Below, one piece after another: positions 24,579 to 38,186 of a stretch of DNA of 64,000 bases. The translations under genes were made by a program, and so were the position numbers. Each line of letters starts with the position of its first letter. Position 1 is the stretch's first letter. The notes beneath the pieces are model-generated. The model saw nothing but the letters and a program-made list of their open reading frames with translations, made no database searches and had not been told where the DNA came from. Source of the DNA: Octopus sinensis (lineage: Eukaryota); assembly GCF_006345805.1 (NCBI RefSeq), contig NC_043022.1, positions 6,200,001 to 6,264,000 on the forward strand, given 5' to 3'.

Positions 24579-24767
24579 CAATGATAAATCTCAGGTACGT
24601 GTGTATCATGTGTTGAAGACGGGGAGGATGACTCCCCTTCACAAATACTGACAGGACACAGATAGTGTGTCTATAGCCAGCTGGAGGAGATATCTTCCTG
24701 GGGCTACAAACTACAGTAGCATCCACCCTCATGGGTTAGCCATATTCAAATGGCATATATGCATCAC

Positions 24768-24799
<32 letters not shown>

Positions 24800-25524
24800 T
24801 ACACATACAAAGTCCGGGGGGTTTAGTTCACGAGTGATCTCAACGATTAGGTGCACTCTCTATGATCAAGCACATTTCACCCATGACATCCTGTGAACAC
24901 TACCAAAAGACTGTCCGGTGTGATTTGAAGGAGATTTCGTTGCCATTCATCGGACGATTTGTCTCCAGGCTTCTCTCTATCTTTGATTGTTTATAATTCA
25001 GAGGGACTCCCGGACTCCCAGGCAGGTTACCTTCACTGTGGCTTTAGAAACCTCAGTCACACACACACACACACACACACACAACATACAGGGTGACCAG
25101 AAGAAAATTTAGAAATGACACAGTGTGTGTGTGTGTGTGTTTGAACATATCGAAATGAATTGAAAGCAATTCTCTTTAATGACATCAAATCTTTAAAACT
25201 TGTTTCTTTTTTTATATATTTTCATGTCCTATGTTTGTTTGTTTTTATTTTATTAATTCCACCATTAAAATTATATCCTTTATCATCATCATCATCATCA
25301 TCATCATTATAATAATGGCAGTAAGCTGGCAGAACCGTTAACATGCTGGGCAAAATGCTTGAAGTACCAGTGAAACACTGGGGTCAATGTAGTCAAATTT
25401 TAGGCCTTGTACCTATTGTAGAAAGGATTGTTATTATTGTTATTATTATTGTCTGGAACCTCAGTTTCACAACTCGTTAAAAATTGTTCCATCAAATTAG
25501 TTCTGTCTTTTCATTCATTTATCA

Positions 25525-25878
25525 GGCGCAGGAGTGGCTTGCTTACGAACCACATGGTTCCGGGTTCAGTCCCACTGCGTGGCATCTTGGGCAAGTGTCT
25601 TCTACTATAGCCTTGGGCTGACCAAAGCCTTGTGAGTGGAAACAGAAAGAAGCCCATCGTATATATATGTATGTGTGTCTGTGTTCCCCACAACATCGCT
25701 TGACAACCAATGCTGGTGTGTTTACGTCCCCGTAACTTAGCGGTTCGGTAAAAGAGACCAATAGAATAAGTACTAGGCTTACAAAAGAATAAGTCCTGGG
25801 GTCGATTTGCACGACTAAAGGCGGTGCTCCAGCATGGCCACAGTCAAATGACTGAAACAAGTAAAAGAGTAAAGAGTA
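25525..25878 (+). mobile_element. SINE family A
   Basis: ggcgcaggagtggc head, aaagagt tail. Confidence 0.88.
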
Positions 25879-27144
25879 AAACTAGTTTCTCTTCTTTGAA
25901 GCCAACTCGAATCTCATCTTCTTTTCCAGTACATTCCAAACATTTTTGGCTCTTTTAATCCTTTCTCTGAGTGAGTGGCCCCAAAAACTGCATCTTGTAA
26001 ATGGGGTTTTGTCGATGGCCTTTCAGCTTCTTGGGTGTCCATTCTCTGCGTTGGTGCATTTTGTTTTGGAGATAACGGCTTCTGTTGTTTCTGGCATGGC
26101 TGAAGCTGCAATGCTTAGATGTTGGTTAACGATATCTTTCACATAATGTCAACGGACAAACCCTTTTCATGTTTGCTTGACCTGATTGAAATAACAGTCA
26201 CGTTTCCTTCACAGCTATCTGAAAGACTGGATGGACACAGGTCCTCTCAGAGAAATATAACTCAATGGGGCAAGACAGCTTTGGGAAGGGCCCAGGGAGC
26301 TAGGTGGGGGTTACTTACAGGAGCTGTAAGGCAGCTTAGCAGGTAGTCACAGGCACCTCCTTGGTTCTGCTGACCCTGAGCCAATAAACCAGCTGAACCC
26401 AACCTCTTAGAGGTCCTGTTGTCAGGGCTGACATGGAGCTCGACAACAACATAATTAGTTGAATGGTGATTGTGTGGCTGCTATTGAAATTCTATGACTA
26501 GTTTGATGTCTGGGGACAGCCTTAGACACTGGTACGTAAGAAAGAGGATCCTTTAGTTGTTCCACACAGACGCCCTCTTTAGTAGCTTGGTAGCACACCA
26601 AGACACACCCTTGCCTGTGCTGATTGATGATGTAAAGCACAGGCAGCTATAAAAAAAACCTCTACTTAAAAACACAACAGAGAAGTCTGATTTTTTCTGT
26701 TGTTGTGAGACCCTTCGAAACCCTAACAGCATGGAAAAACATTTCAGTGACAATAAAGATCTTGTGCACATACACACACACACACAAATGCATATATATC
26801 TTTCACTGATGTAAATCAATGAAGGGTGTAATCTTTGAAAACAATTCTACATTTCAAATGATATCTTTTGAAGTAATTGCTCTGCCCCAAGATACAGGCA
26901 CTTCCTTATCACTCTCAGCATCTGAAACACAATGACCCAGTAATTTAGCCCCTGGGAATCACATCATCACTGACTTCATCATCATCATCATTTTCTTCTT
27001 CTTTTATTTTCTTGCATGATATTGTTGTTTCATCGTTTGAAATTCCTAGTTTTCTGAAAGCCCCATTAAATAGCTTCAGGTCCGTCTTACTTGTTGATTC
27101 ATATAAACTCCTTTCACACTCCCCTCTGTTTCTCTTCGTTGCAG

Positions 27145-27262
27145 GTTACGGCACAACAGCTCACAGTTGTCCCCCTCAAACTCTGAAAGTAGTTTTAACA
27201 GTATGGAAGACTACACAGTACAACAGACCAGCCAAGACCACGAAGACAGTGACACAGGCCTG
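27145..27262 (+). CDS. RAP1GAP: Rap1GAP exon, LRHNSSQLSPSNSESSFNSMEDYTVQQTSQDHEDSDTGL
   Basis: gttgcag / gttagt, phase 2/0; DSDTGL motif conserved in the Rap1GAP tail. Confidence 0.9.
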
Positions 27263-27896
27263 GTTAGTATAGCCTCTCTCCACACCCTCCTTTAGCCTTC
27301 GGCCATGCCATGGTGCCATCTTTGGACAGCACTGGTCATTTACTCCAACATTACACAGCCTTTAAAAAGAAAATATTTCATCAACGAAAAATTCACTTTC
27401 ACATCATATAACAAGCCAGCAGGCCATAAAATTTGCCAGGAACCACCAAAACATTGCTACGGTCCATCTGGACTAGGTTGTATATCATTGTGACCATTTA
27501 ATGTCCACTTTCCATGGGTTGACAAGCCAGAGGCCTGCACCATGCTCCAAAAGCCTGCTCTGGTACAATTTCTATGGCTGGTTGCCTTTACCAAATACCT
27601 GATACCATTCTGAGTCTGGTATTTTATCTTATGAAACCAATAAAGTTCTGTTAACCATTTAGCATTCTGATTACTCTGTCAAATATAATGCTTATCTGTT
27701 CACGTTTTCTATTAATCCTGGATTATCTCCTAGCTTCAAGACTTCAATTGATGTGCTAGTTTACTTTTAGAACGTAAAGTAGGTAGAATATCTGGGCTGG
27801 ACACGGTCAGTTTAAATGCTAAGGGGTCAAACAACGAAGGAAGTCCATGATTTGTTTTTGTATAAAGTTAAAAAGCTAAATATTTTTACTTTGTAG

Positions 27897-27999
27897 GAAA
27901 GTATGTCTTCTGTTGGCACCCCCTACACTACTATGAAGAATTCCTTGTCAAACAGTTTCAGCGAAGATGGAGCCAGTGTGTCAATTCCAGAGTCAGAAG
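27897..27999 (+). CDS. RAP1GAP: Rap1GAP exon, ESMSSVGTPYTTMKNSLSNSFSEDGASVSIPESE(V)
   Basis: ttgtag / gtaata, phase 0/1; continues DSDTGL-ESVSSSGTP homology. Confidence 0.9.
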
Positions 28000-28069
28000 G
28001 TAATATTCCTTACTTTTACTCATTTTATCATCTTACCTGAGGAACCTTACAACATTTCTTTATCACATT

Positions 28070-28450
28070 GACATCGTACATTATGATTTTATCCAACATG
28101 TTTCCCTCTCTGATTCACACACTTATTGCAGGGGTCCTTCAGTTTTTTTAGGCCTTGTAAAAGAACTCGAAAGATTGGACCTCTAACCAGACCTTTCAGA
28201 ATACCCTTAAAGCCAGGAAATTATCAGCAGCCCCTCATATAAAGGGGTGCTGGAAAGTTCCTGGTTTGGGGTTAAAGAATATACAAGAGGATCACTTAAT
28301 TATGATTTTATTCAACATATTCCCATCTCACTTATCGCAGTGGTCCTTCAGTTTTTCTAAGCCCTGTAAAAGAACTTGGAAAGTTGGGCCTCCAACCAGG
28401 CCTTTTGCAATACCCTTAAAGCCAGGGGCTTTTCAGCATCCCCTCATATA
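28070..28450. mobile_element. Two tandem Tc1/mariner-type MITEs (complete copy 28240-28450)
   Basis: tataaaggggtgctggaaagttcctgg / ccaggggcttttcagcatcccctcatata TIRs, TA ends. Confidence 0.65.
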
Positions 28451-28469
28451 TATAAATATACCGTCAGTG

Positions 28470-29130
28470 AAACTTATGGCAATGTGAGATGTTGATTAGT
28501 CTCCCTTGCAACAATGTTCCAAATGCTGTGGTCCATGGGATTTGACTCTGGAAAGATTAAAAGCCACAAGATTAGTGTCACAGGATTTTAAAGATTGTCT
28601 GATGTTCATTCTTGAGTTATGTGGGCTTTGAGGAAAGGTGTTGAGTTTTGTTGAAATGTTTACGGCTTTCCATTGTATATTTCATCCATTCAGGGCTTAA
28701 CCATCTCCAGCGCTTCAATATATCAATTCTAAGACCCTGAGAAAAGAACATACACTGGAATGACATGGCCTTCATTACCCACCATTCCTAAAACCTTTCA
28801 CAATTGCTGGAAACTGGGTGTGCAGCATTCTGCAGACATCACAAGGATCTGCATATAACAATTTGTTAGAATTTTTATCTTGGATAAAGAACCAAAGTAT
28901 GCCACATTTGCAAGAAAGTTCTTAGCTTTCTTAAATAACCCCTTGGCATGGATCAAACACTTTCCCCATGGCTTCACCTCAGCAGGTTTTCTGAGGCAGT
29001 CTTTGACAACAACATATCTATTTGTCACCCAAACAGACACATTTGCACCACCAGATACTCCTGAACCACTTGTTGAGTATCCCATCCACAAGGGATCAAT
29101 GCCAGATGGGTTGAAACAGTCGTAGTGGTT
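28470..29130 (-). pseudogene. Tc1/mariner transposase remnant
   Basis: Minus-strand frameshifted fragments corresponding to WFFSDEKN, FPA.VMVLGMVGNEGHV, FQQ.S.P..KA..TQE and NPMD.SIW motifs. Confidence 0.65.
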
Positions 29131-29487
29131 AATAAAAATCCTCATATATTCCATGTCTCTTTTACCATACACACATATATATATCATATATATTCACAGA
29201 TAGTTAGGGGGAAGGTCCCGGGTGGTTCCTCCTGAAGCATAGCTACTGATTCCGTTACCATAGTTACTTTGTATGTAAACTGAAACACATTAAAATTGAG
29301 GATTATGGAAATATTTGCAAATAAAACTGGGAGAATGGAAATATTGCCAAAGTATTTCCATTTTCTTATATATATATATACACACATGTACATATATACA
29401 TCTACATATATGTATATACATATATACACATATGCATATATACACATATGCATATACATATATACACATGCATATATATGTACATAC

Positions 29488-29518
<31 letters not shown>

Positions 29519-29596
29519 TATATGTGTATATACATATATATATTATTCGTTGTTATATATATATATGTATATACATATATATATATTATTCGTTGT

Positions 29597-29631
<35 letters not shown>

Positions 29632-29692
29632 TATATACACATACATAGTCTATCAGGGACTCCATCACTTTTACGTTCTCTTTCTTCTGCAG

Positions 29693-29760
29693 TGGAATCA
29701 CTTAAAGTAGAAATCCAGAAATTGAAACGAGAGAAGAGTGAACTCCAGTCACAAAGTCAA
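29693..29760 (+). CDS. RAP1GAP: Rap1GAP exon, ESLKVEIQKLKREKSELQSQSQ
   Basis: cttctgcag / gtaagt, phase 1/0; heptad pattern. Confidence 0.85.
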
Positions 29761-30214
29761 GTAAGTTTACCACTTGTTGTTGTTGTTGTTTAAACCTTGA
29801 TCAAACAGATTTATTATGACATTCCAACCATGACACACCCTCCATCGTTTCAGAAATATCTAAGACGATCTGACGTTATATTTTCATATTTAAGAAAGTA
29901 GGAAGATTTCAAACCATAGTTGTTATTTCTAGCATCTCCTGCACTCTCTCTGTTCTGGGATTGATTGTAATCCAATCCACTGGCCTTCACCCCCAAAATT
30001 TCAGGATTTGTGCCTATAAAAGTAACGCATATTATTATTGTTGTTGTTGGGGCAGTGAGCTGGCAGAATGGTTAGCACACTGGGCAACGTGATGGGCTGC
30101 ATTCCGTTCATCTTTATGTTAGTTCAAATCCTGCAGGAGTCAATATTATTCATTTACCCCTCCTCCCAAATTTCAGGCACTGTGGAAAATGGACGTTAAA
30201 TAATAATAATAATT

Positions 30215-30485
30215 GGCACGTAAAAAGCACCATCCGATTGTGGCCTGGCTCCCGTGCCAATGGCACATAAAAAGCACCATCTGATCATGGCCATTTGCCA
30301 GCCTCGTCTGGCACGTAAAAAGCACCCTCTACACTCGCGGAGTGGTTGGCATTAGGAAGGGCATCCAGCCGTAGAAACACTGCCAGATCTGACTGGGCCT
30401 GACGAAGCCTTCCAGCTTCACAGACCCCAGTTGAACCATCCAACCCATGCTAGCATGGAAAGCGGACGCTAAACGAAGATGAAAT
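30215..30485 (+). mobile_element. RTE LINE 3' tail
   Basis: ggcacgtaaaaagcacc repeats, ggaagggcatccagccgtagaa. Confidence 0.8.
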
Positions 30486-30572
30486 GAATGAATGTGTCTG
30501 AAATTTTGGGGAAGGAGTAAGTCTATAGTTGAAACAGTTATTATTATTATTATTAAAATAAATTATTATTAA

Positions 30573-30790
30573 GGCTGCAAGCTGGCAGAGTCGTTAGGAC
30601 ATCTGGAAAAATGCTTAGCAGCATTTTATCCATCCTTACATTCTGAGTTCAAATTCCACCGAGGGCAACTTTGCCTTTCATCCTTTTGGGATTGTTAAAA
30701 TAAGTACTAGGTGTGTACTAAGGTCGATGTAATCAACTAGTCCCCTCCCCCAAAATTTCAGGCCTTGTGCCTTTAGTAGAAAGGATTATC
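30573..30790 (+). mobile_element. SINE family B variant
   Basis: gctggcaga...gagttcaaattcc...gcctttcatcc core. Confidence 0.7.
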
Positions 30791-31215
30791 ATTATATATA
30801 TATAAATATATATATAAATATCATTATATATATATAAATGGCGGTGCCCCAGCATGGCCACAGCTCATGAGCTGAAACTAGAATCAATCAATCAATATAT
30901 ATATATATATAAGCAATAATAAATCTCTGAAGGAGCTGCAAACAGTAGCAGCATGACATCGTGAAGTATATTTGCCACCTGAATGTGGCTGACCCTTAAG
31001 GGGACGAGCCCCAGGAAGTCATCTGTGCCCGATCAGTATTTGTGAAGGGAAATCATCGTTCCCTTCTCTACAGTAGCATCGTCCCATACGGGTCTCACCA
31101 CTCAGTCTCACCACATACATAATAAAGGTACACCTACCTGTGTGTTTGTAGCGTTAATGAACTTTGCTCCAATCAGTGTCTTCACTGACCACTTTCCTCT
31201 CTTCTCTCGTTCCAG

Positions 31216-31332
31216 GCTCACCTCAGAGAAAACCGGCAACTCAAAGACCACGAGAAGAAATTACTAAACGAAATCTCAGCACTAAAACGAAAATGTCCCA
31301 TTATCGATTCAAGTACTGAAGCTACAGTTTGA
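31216..31332 (+). CDS. RAP1GAP: Rap1GAP last coding exon, AHLRENRQLKDHEKKLLNEISALKRKCPIIDSSTEATV*
   Basis: cgttccag acceptor, phase 0, TGA at 31330-31332; continues the coiled coil. Confidence 0.82.
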   Translation, partial: AHLRENRQLKDHEKKLLNEISALKRKCPIIDSSTEATV

Positions 31333-33230
31333 ATGAAACCTTTCCCCCTTTTTTTAGTCTCTTTCGCTTCCCCCTCATTCGCTGCTCTCTTTCTCTCTTC
31401 TCTGTGCAATACATCCCCCAGTGGAACCACAATCACTCCACCCTGACTCTTTCACCACAGCTGTTGATTTCGTTGTTATAATAACTCAACATCATTGTGT
31501 TTCTAATGAACAACATCATCACCGCAACATCAAACTCAGTTGAATTGTTTTAGTTTTGTGGGGTTTTAATCAGAGATTTCTTCTTTACAAGAGAATTTTT
31601 TTAAAAATGTACATACCTGCAGAGACTCCTTACACTTCCAGGTCTGCTACGTGCATACTTTTTCAAATATCTGATTTGTGTATATATAATAATAAAAAAA
31701 AGGGCCATGTCTCTCTCTCTCTCTAATTTTAACATTTATTTAAGTGTAATACTGAGTGGGGGGGGTGAAGGGAGAAATCTTTAAAATCATTTTTAGTTTT
31801 CTTCCCCCAACAAAGACGTTCCTAGTTTCTGTAAAATGTCTTACAATGAAGCTTCCGTTTCTGTGTAGGGGCCACACACACACACACACACACTTATAAT
31901 TATAATAAATGTGTTAATTATAATCTAGAATGTTGGCTAATACATCTTATTCCCAGAGTCTCATCTCGTTAACCAATTAAGTGATATAGTGGGGGGCGGG
32001 GGGGGGGAGCAGGGAAAAGAGCAAAATGTATTATTTTTTTTTCCTGTATTTATTTAATTTCTTTCTTTCTCCCCCCTCCCCCCAGCCCCACCCCCTCCAC
32101 ATCCCATTCTTACAAAAATTATGTTATTAAATCAAGTCCCACTTGATTCGTCCATTGCTTTCCAAAGCAGCCAATCACAGCCATTCACACAAGTGTCGGT
32201 AAATGTGGCCAGCTGTAGCATCCGCTCAGATGATACGGCTTCAAGGGAATCTAACCTCCCCTCCTCCCCTCCCCACTGCTGTATATAATTAATTTGTCTC
32301 GTCGATTTGATTACCCATTTCAACTGTAATTAGACTATAATTATTTTAATTTTGCTGTTGTTTCCGATTTCCAAATGGTGCTGTATATGTCGTTTACCTT
32401 CTTCTTCTAATTCTGCTGTCATTTGCACCCCAAAAACCCTTTCAATATAGTCCTTTCCCTTTTCTTTACACTTTTACACTCCAACACAATTTTAATGGAA
32501 GCAACCACTTTACACTTTCCGCCATTTTTTGTAAATAACCAAGGAAAGCTTATTTCATAGACCCTGACTATTTTACACAGTCCGCCCCTTTCTCTAATCT
32601 CTCTGGGTTCACAGTGTTCTAGATATTGAAACCCCTCTTATTACATTCACTCTTGCCACAGCAATGAGCAGGTGTTGCATTCACAAACGCAACTCGTTAA
32701 ACAAGGTTAATTAAACAGAAAAACACAGCAAAACCAGCCACATCCGATTCTATTTTATATTGGCTGATCTTAGTTCCATTCTCTTTCCTCCAGATAAAAT
32801 GATATTTTTCTATATTCCATTCTTGATACAAGACCATAGTTATAATTCCTTACCAAATAGTCTTCCCCCACTCACCATTCTTTAACAGGGGTGCATTTTG
32901 GGCGGGAGCGGAATATTCTCACATCTAACCTTTCAACACATCCAACCCATTCTCCCCTTTTCTTCTTCATTCTGAATATGGAATATTTTTTCAAACAATT
33001 CTCTTCTCCTCCTCCATCAACTCTAAGATAGAATAAGACAAATCTTTTTTCTAAAATAATAATCACAAAATACAAATTTTTAATCAGAGAAAGGACAAAA
33101 ACTTTAAAAAAAAAAAAATACAACCAAAACAAATGTAATAAAATAATGAAATTTTCAGGTAAATTATTCTTCTTGCTATTTTGTCTGTCCATCTGTATAT
33201 ATGTGAATAAATCTTTAACTCAAACACATC
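31333..33230 (+). other. Probable Rap1GAP 3' UTR
   Basis: ~1.9 kb after the stop with no SINE insertions, unlike all introns; inference. Confidence 0.55.
33206..33211 (+). terminator. Candidate polyadenylation signal AATAAA
   Basis: Followed by a U/GU-rich tract; alternatives at ~31691 and 33137. Confidence 0.4.
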
Positions 33231-33299
33231 CCACTGGTCTTCGTGTTTTCATTCCTTTATCTTTTGCAACACTCATTCAGTTGTGGTTTAAGTGCAGGA

Positions 33300-33718
33300 A
33301 AGGCAGACAACTGGAAGAAATGTTAGCATCCTGGGCGAAATGCTTAGCGGTATTTCATCTGCATTACGTTGTGAGTTCAAATTTCCCCGAGGTCGACTTT
33401 GCCTTTCATCCTTTCAGGGTCGATAAATTAAGTACCAGTTACGCACTGGGTCGATGTTATTGACTTAATACCTATGTCTGTCCTTGTTTGTCCCTTCTGT
33501 GTTTAGCCCCTTGTGGGTAATAAAGAAATAGGTATTTTGTCTGCTGCTATGTTCTGAATTCAAATTCCCCCGAGGTCAACTTTTCCTTTCATCCTTTCAG
33601 GGTCAATTAAATAAGTACCAGTAATGCACTGGGGTCGATATACTCGACTTAATCCGTTTGCCTGTCCTTGTTTGTCCTCTCTGTGTTTAGCCCCTTGTGT
33701 GTAGTAAAGAAATAGGTA
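33300..33718 (+). mobile_element. SINE family B, head plus two tandem bodies
   Basis: Body repeats after aaagaaataggtattt. Confidence 0.8.
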
Positions 33719-33983
33719 TAAGTGCAGGCATGTCTATATGCAAAGAAGGATTGCTTCCCAACCACATGGTTCTGGGTTCAGTCCCACTGTGTGGCATCTT
33801 GGACAAATATCTTCAAATATGTCTTTGCATTATATTGTGGAATACATATTTCATATATTATACATAATGTATATTATAATAATAACATAATATGCTTGTA
33901 TATGTATATATGCAACATGCATATAATATATAAATATGTATATAACATACATATACTATATATATACATCTGCGATGCAAATG

Positions 33984-34360
33984 ATCATCACCATCATCGT
34001 TATTTAATTGTCCGCTTTCCATGCTGGCATGGGTTGGACAGTTTGACTGTGGTCAGGAGAGCCAGCAGCTGCACCAGGCTCCAATTTGGTCTGGCAGAGT
34101 TTCTACAGCTGGATGCCCTTCCTAATGCCAACCACTCCGTCAGTGTAGTGGGTGCTTTTTATGTGCCGTCGGTACAGGAGCCAGTCAGAGGGTACTGGCA
34201 TTGACCACAATCAGTTGGTGCCTTTTACGTGCCACCGGTATGGGAACCAGTCAGGTGGACCAGGCATTGACCATGTGTGGATGGTGCTTTTTACATGCCC
34301 CCAGCACGGGAGACAGTCTGGGGGTACTGACATCGGCCACGTTCAATTGGTGCTTTTTAT
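33984..34360 (-). mobile_element. RTE LINE 3' tail
   Basis: Reverse match to the tail family. Confidence 0.75.
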
Positions 34361-34374
34361 GTGCCATTTTATGG

Positions 34375-34730
34375 TTTGTAATACTAACTTCAGGAAACCT
34401 GCCAGCCACCTATTCACCAACCAATTTGGTGGACACACTAGTCAAATTGATTACATCCTCACCAAGAAACAGGAAAGATGGTTACTTATGAATGCCAAAA
34501 CCTTCCCAAGTGAAGAATGCACTCCACAACACAGGTTAGTAGTTAGCAACCTCAGGATCAGGGCTAAATGGATGCCCAGAAGACAACCAGCATGGAGAAG
34601 AAGGGTCTGGAAGCTTAAGGATCCTGCAGAGGGACAGAGATTTAGAGACATGTTGCTTGAAGCTTTTGACGAAATAGAAGTGGGATATAGCATCACATGG
34701 AAGACAACTGGAGGTTTCTACAGGACAACC
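34375..34730 (+). pseudogene. RTE LINE endonuclease C-terminus/linker fragment
   Basis: SQIDYIL...QHRLVV...WKLKD; continues in register at 35721 after a ~1-kb unclassified insertion. Confidence 0.85.
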
Positions 34731-35720
34731 AGTTGAGGGTAGAGCAATTTTTAAGCAACCATGCTTCTCTTATGTCATATAATATAGCATATATTCCCTA
34801 ATTAGTTTTGTTTACAGTTAATGCAACGCTACTTATTATGTTTCCTATTTAGAAATATACAAAATTATTTGTCTTTTAAAGTAAGGATGTATATAATGAT
34901 AAAACCGTCACTTATAACTTAAGTGTCATCTCTCTCTCTTTCGGAGAGGCACTGAGCAGCTACATACACACATGGCAGTAACTTCTGCCTGCCGAATTCA
35001 ATCGCAAAGCTCCGGTCGGCTCGGGGCTATAGTGGAAGACACCTACTCAAAGTGCCACGCAGTGGGACTGAACCCGAAACCATGTAGCGAGGAAACAAGC
35101 TCCCTAACCACACAGCCATGCCCATTATACGCAAATCCGAACTACAGTTATATAAACACCATATATAGAGAGAGAAATATACTTTCTAGAACGCTAACGA
35201 ACATTAGCGAGAATGTTAAATATGATTTTCGTGTTCATTTAACCGCTATAAGAAAATACAATTCAATAATTACAGAAATACATTTTATACATAGATGAAG
35301 AACGTGAAGAAAGAGAAAACAATTTCTTAATTAATTTTTATAACATTTTATATTATTTACAGGTGAAAGAAAGATAAAATTCATTGTAGAGAATATATTT
35401 TACTATCTAATTCTTTAATCTAACTAATATTGAATCTCAACAATTCAAATAAGACTTGTTGGATTTTCCTTGGACATGGCATGAAAAATCACCAATGTCT
35501 CAAAGGAGTGAGTGTCGTGGAGTTTAGTTACATCCAACAAACACTAAAGTTTTTCCCAAAATCCAGGGTTTTTATAACTGCTCAACTTGGTTAAAAGAAT
35601 CGAAATCCCAAACAAATATTCTTTAAGTCAATGGAAAAACGACAATACTATTTCTTCGGCAATACATTACGTCATATTGCCAGCTACCACAAATTGGCGC
35701 CTTATTTTAAAATGGCTACT

Positions 35721-37750
35721 TGCTACAAGGGCTACTGACCAGATCCGTGGATGGTCCAAAGTCCCCTCTCGACCCAGTCAATCAGGTGATACATGAAGGA
35801 GTCGTACCCAATGTCTTGTATAGCAGCACCATAGTCAACTGCTACAAAGGTAAAGGTGATGCATTAGATACGAATAATGGCAGAGGTATCAAGTTGTTGG
35901 ATCAGGTAATGAAAGTCATGGAGAAGGCCATAGCCCAACTAATTAGGGAGAGAGTCAGTCTAGACGAGATGCGGTTTGGGTTTGTACCAGGGAAAAGGAC
36001 CACTGATGCTAAATTTCTGGTAAGACAGCTGCAGGAGAAATACCTAGCCAAAGATAAACCTCTGTACCTGGCTTTTGTTGACATGGAGAAAGCCTTCGAC
36101 AGGGTCCCCCGATCCCTTATCTTGTGGTCAATGCTGAAACTAGGGATAGGTGAGTGGTTAGTGAGAACCATGCAAGCCATGTACAGGGACGCTGTAAGGT
36201 GAGGGTGGCAACGAGTACACTGAAGAATTCAGGGTAGACGTAGGGGTCCACCAAGGTTCAGTCCTCAGCCCCCTCCTATTTATCATAGTCCTCCAGGCAA
36301 TAATGGAGGAATTCAAGACAGAATGCCCCTGGGAGCTCCTGTATGCTGATGACCTTGCTCTAATTGCTGAGTCACTATCAGAACTAGAGAAGAAGTTTCA
36401 GGTGTGGAAGCAAGGATTAGAATCGAAGGGTCTTAGAGTCAATCTAGCAAAAAACAAAGTAGGAAGGCAGACAAATCACAAATCCCTTCAGGTAGAAGGC
36501 CCTGATCAATCTGTAGAAAAGGCATAGGTAGAAACTCTATAAGATGTACCCAGTGTACACATAAGAGGTGCAGCAATATCAAAGCAAGGTTAACTGGGAA
36601 GATAGTTTTTGTGTGTGGCAAATGCTCAGGAGCAATAAACACTGAAAATGTACAGAAAACAGCTTCCATCTCTTTCCAGGGGGAAAAACTACAAGTAGTT
36701 GATACCTAAGCGACCAAGTCAGTAGCAGGGGTGGCTGCTCTGAGAGCATAGCTGCTAGAATAAGAATAGCCTGAGCAAAGTTCAGAGAGCTCTTACCTCT
36801 GCTGGTCACAAAGGGCCTCTCGCTCAGAGTAAAAGGTAGACTGTACAACTTATATATACGAACAGCCATGCTACATGGCAGTGAAACATGGGCTACGACT
36901 GCTGAAGACAAGCTTGCAAGGAATGAAGCCAGTATGCTCTGTTGGATGTGCAACAGAGCATACTTGAGAGAAAAGTTGGACCTAAGAAGCATGAGATGTT
37001 GTGTGCAAGAGAGACGACTGCACTAGTATGGTCATGTGTTGCATATGGATGAATACAGTTGTGTGAAAAAGTGTCACACCCTAGCAGTAGAGGGAACCTG
37101 TGGAAGAGGTAGACCCAGGAAGACCTGGGATGAGGTGGTGAAGCATGACTTTCGAATGTTAGGCCTCACCAAGGCAATGACAAGTGACCGAGACCTTTGG
37201 AGAGGTATGCTGTGATTGAGAAGACCCGGCAAGCCAAGTGAGACCATAACCCGTGGCCTATGCCAGTGCTGTATAACCAGCCAGTCTAAGACTACTCTTC
37301 AATCATTGGGCAACATACTAGGCTTGTGAAGACCTGTTGAGGCAAGTGAAATCATTGTCATGGCTGATGACAGTACCACCTGATTGGCACTTGTGCAAGT
37401 GGCACATAAAAAGCACCATTCAAATGTGATCATTGCCAGTGCCACCTGACTAGCTCCCATGCTGGTGGCACATGAAGAGCACCATTTGAGTGTATTCCAT
37501 GCCAGTGGCACGTAAACAGTACTATCCAAACGTGATCAATGCCAGGCCCGCCTGACTGGCTCCTGTGCCCATGGCACGTAAAAAGCACCCACTATACTCT
37601 CAGAATGGTTGGCATTAGGAAGAGCATTCAGCTGTAGCAACCTTGCCAGATCAGATTGGAGACTGGGGCAGCCACTGGCTCTCCAGACCTCAATCAAACC
37701 GTCCAACCCATGCCAGCATGGAAAATGGACGTTAAACAAGGATGATGATG
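35721..37750 (+). mobile_element. RTE-clade LINE: decayed RT, C-terminus and 3' tail
   Basis: YKGKGD..RGIKLL, FGF.PG..T.DA, AFVDMEKAFDRVP, LLYADDL, GRGRPRKTW; frameshifts; (GAT)n tail. Confidence 0.92.
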
Positions 37751-37777
37751 ATACGTACAATATGTATATTATATATA

Positions 37778-38186
37778 TCTTTTATCTTTTACTTGTTTCA
37801 GTCATTTGACTGCGGCCATGCTGGAGCAGTGCCTTTAGTCGAGCAAATCGACCCCAGGACTTATTCTTTGTAAGCCCAGTACTTATTCTATCGGTCTCTT
37901 TTGCCGAACCGCTAAGTGACGGAGACGTAAACACACCAGCATCGGTTGTCAAGCAATGCTAGGGGGACAAACACACACACACACAGACACACACATACAT
38001 ATATATATATATATACATATATACGACAGGCTTCTTTCAGTTTCTGTCTACCAAATCCACTCACAAGGCATTGGTCGGCCCGGGGCTATAGCAGAAGACA
38101 CTTGCCCAAGATGCCACGTAGTCGGACTGAACCCGGAACCATGTGGTTGGTTAGCAAGCTACTTACCACACAGCCACTCCTGCGCC
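37778..38186 (-). mobile_element. SINE family A
   Basis: Full length; its duplicate at 40660-40845 lacks the 5' half. Confidence 0.9.

Noticed and set aside
24595-24735. Possible extra Rap1GAP exon after atctcag
   Set aside because: Stops in all three frames; 23126 already joins 27145 in phase
25914-26346. Short ORFs in the long intron
   Set aside because: No recognisable homology or phase-compatible splice pair
31315-31332. Class I PDZ-binding motif at the C-terminus (TEATV)
   Set aside because: Position -2 is Ala, not Ser/Thr
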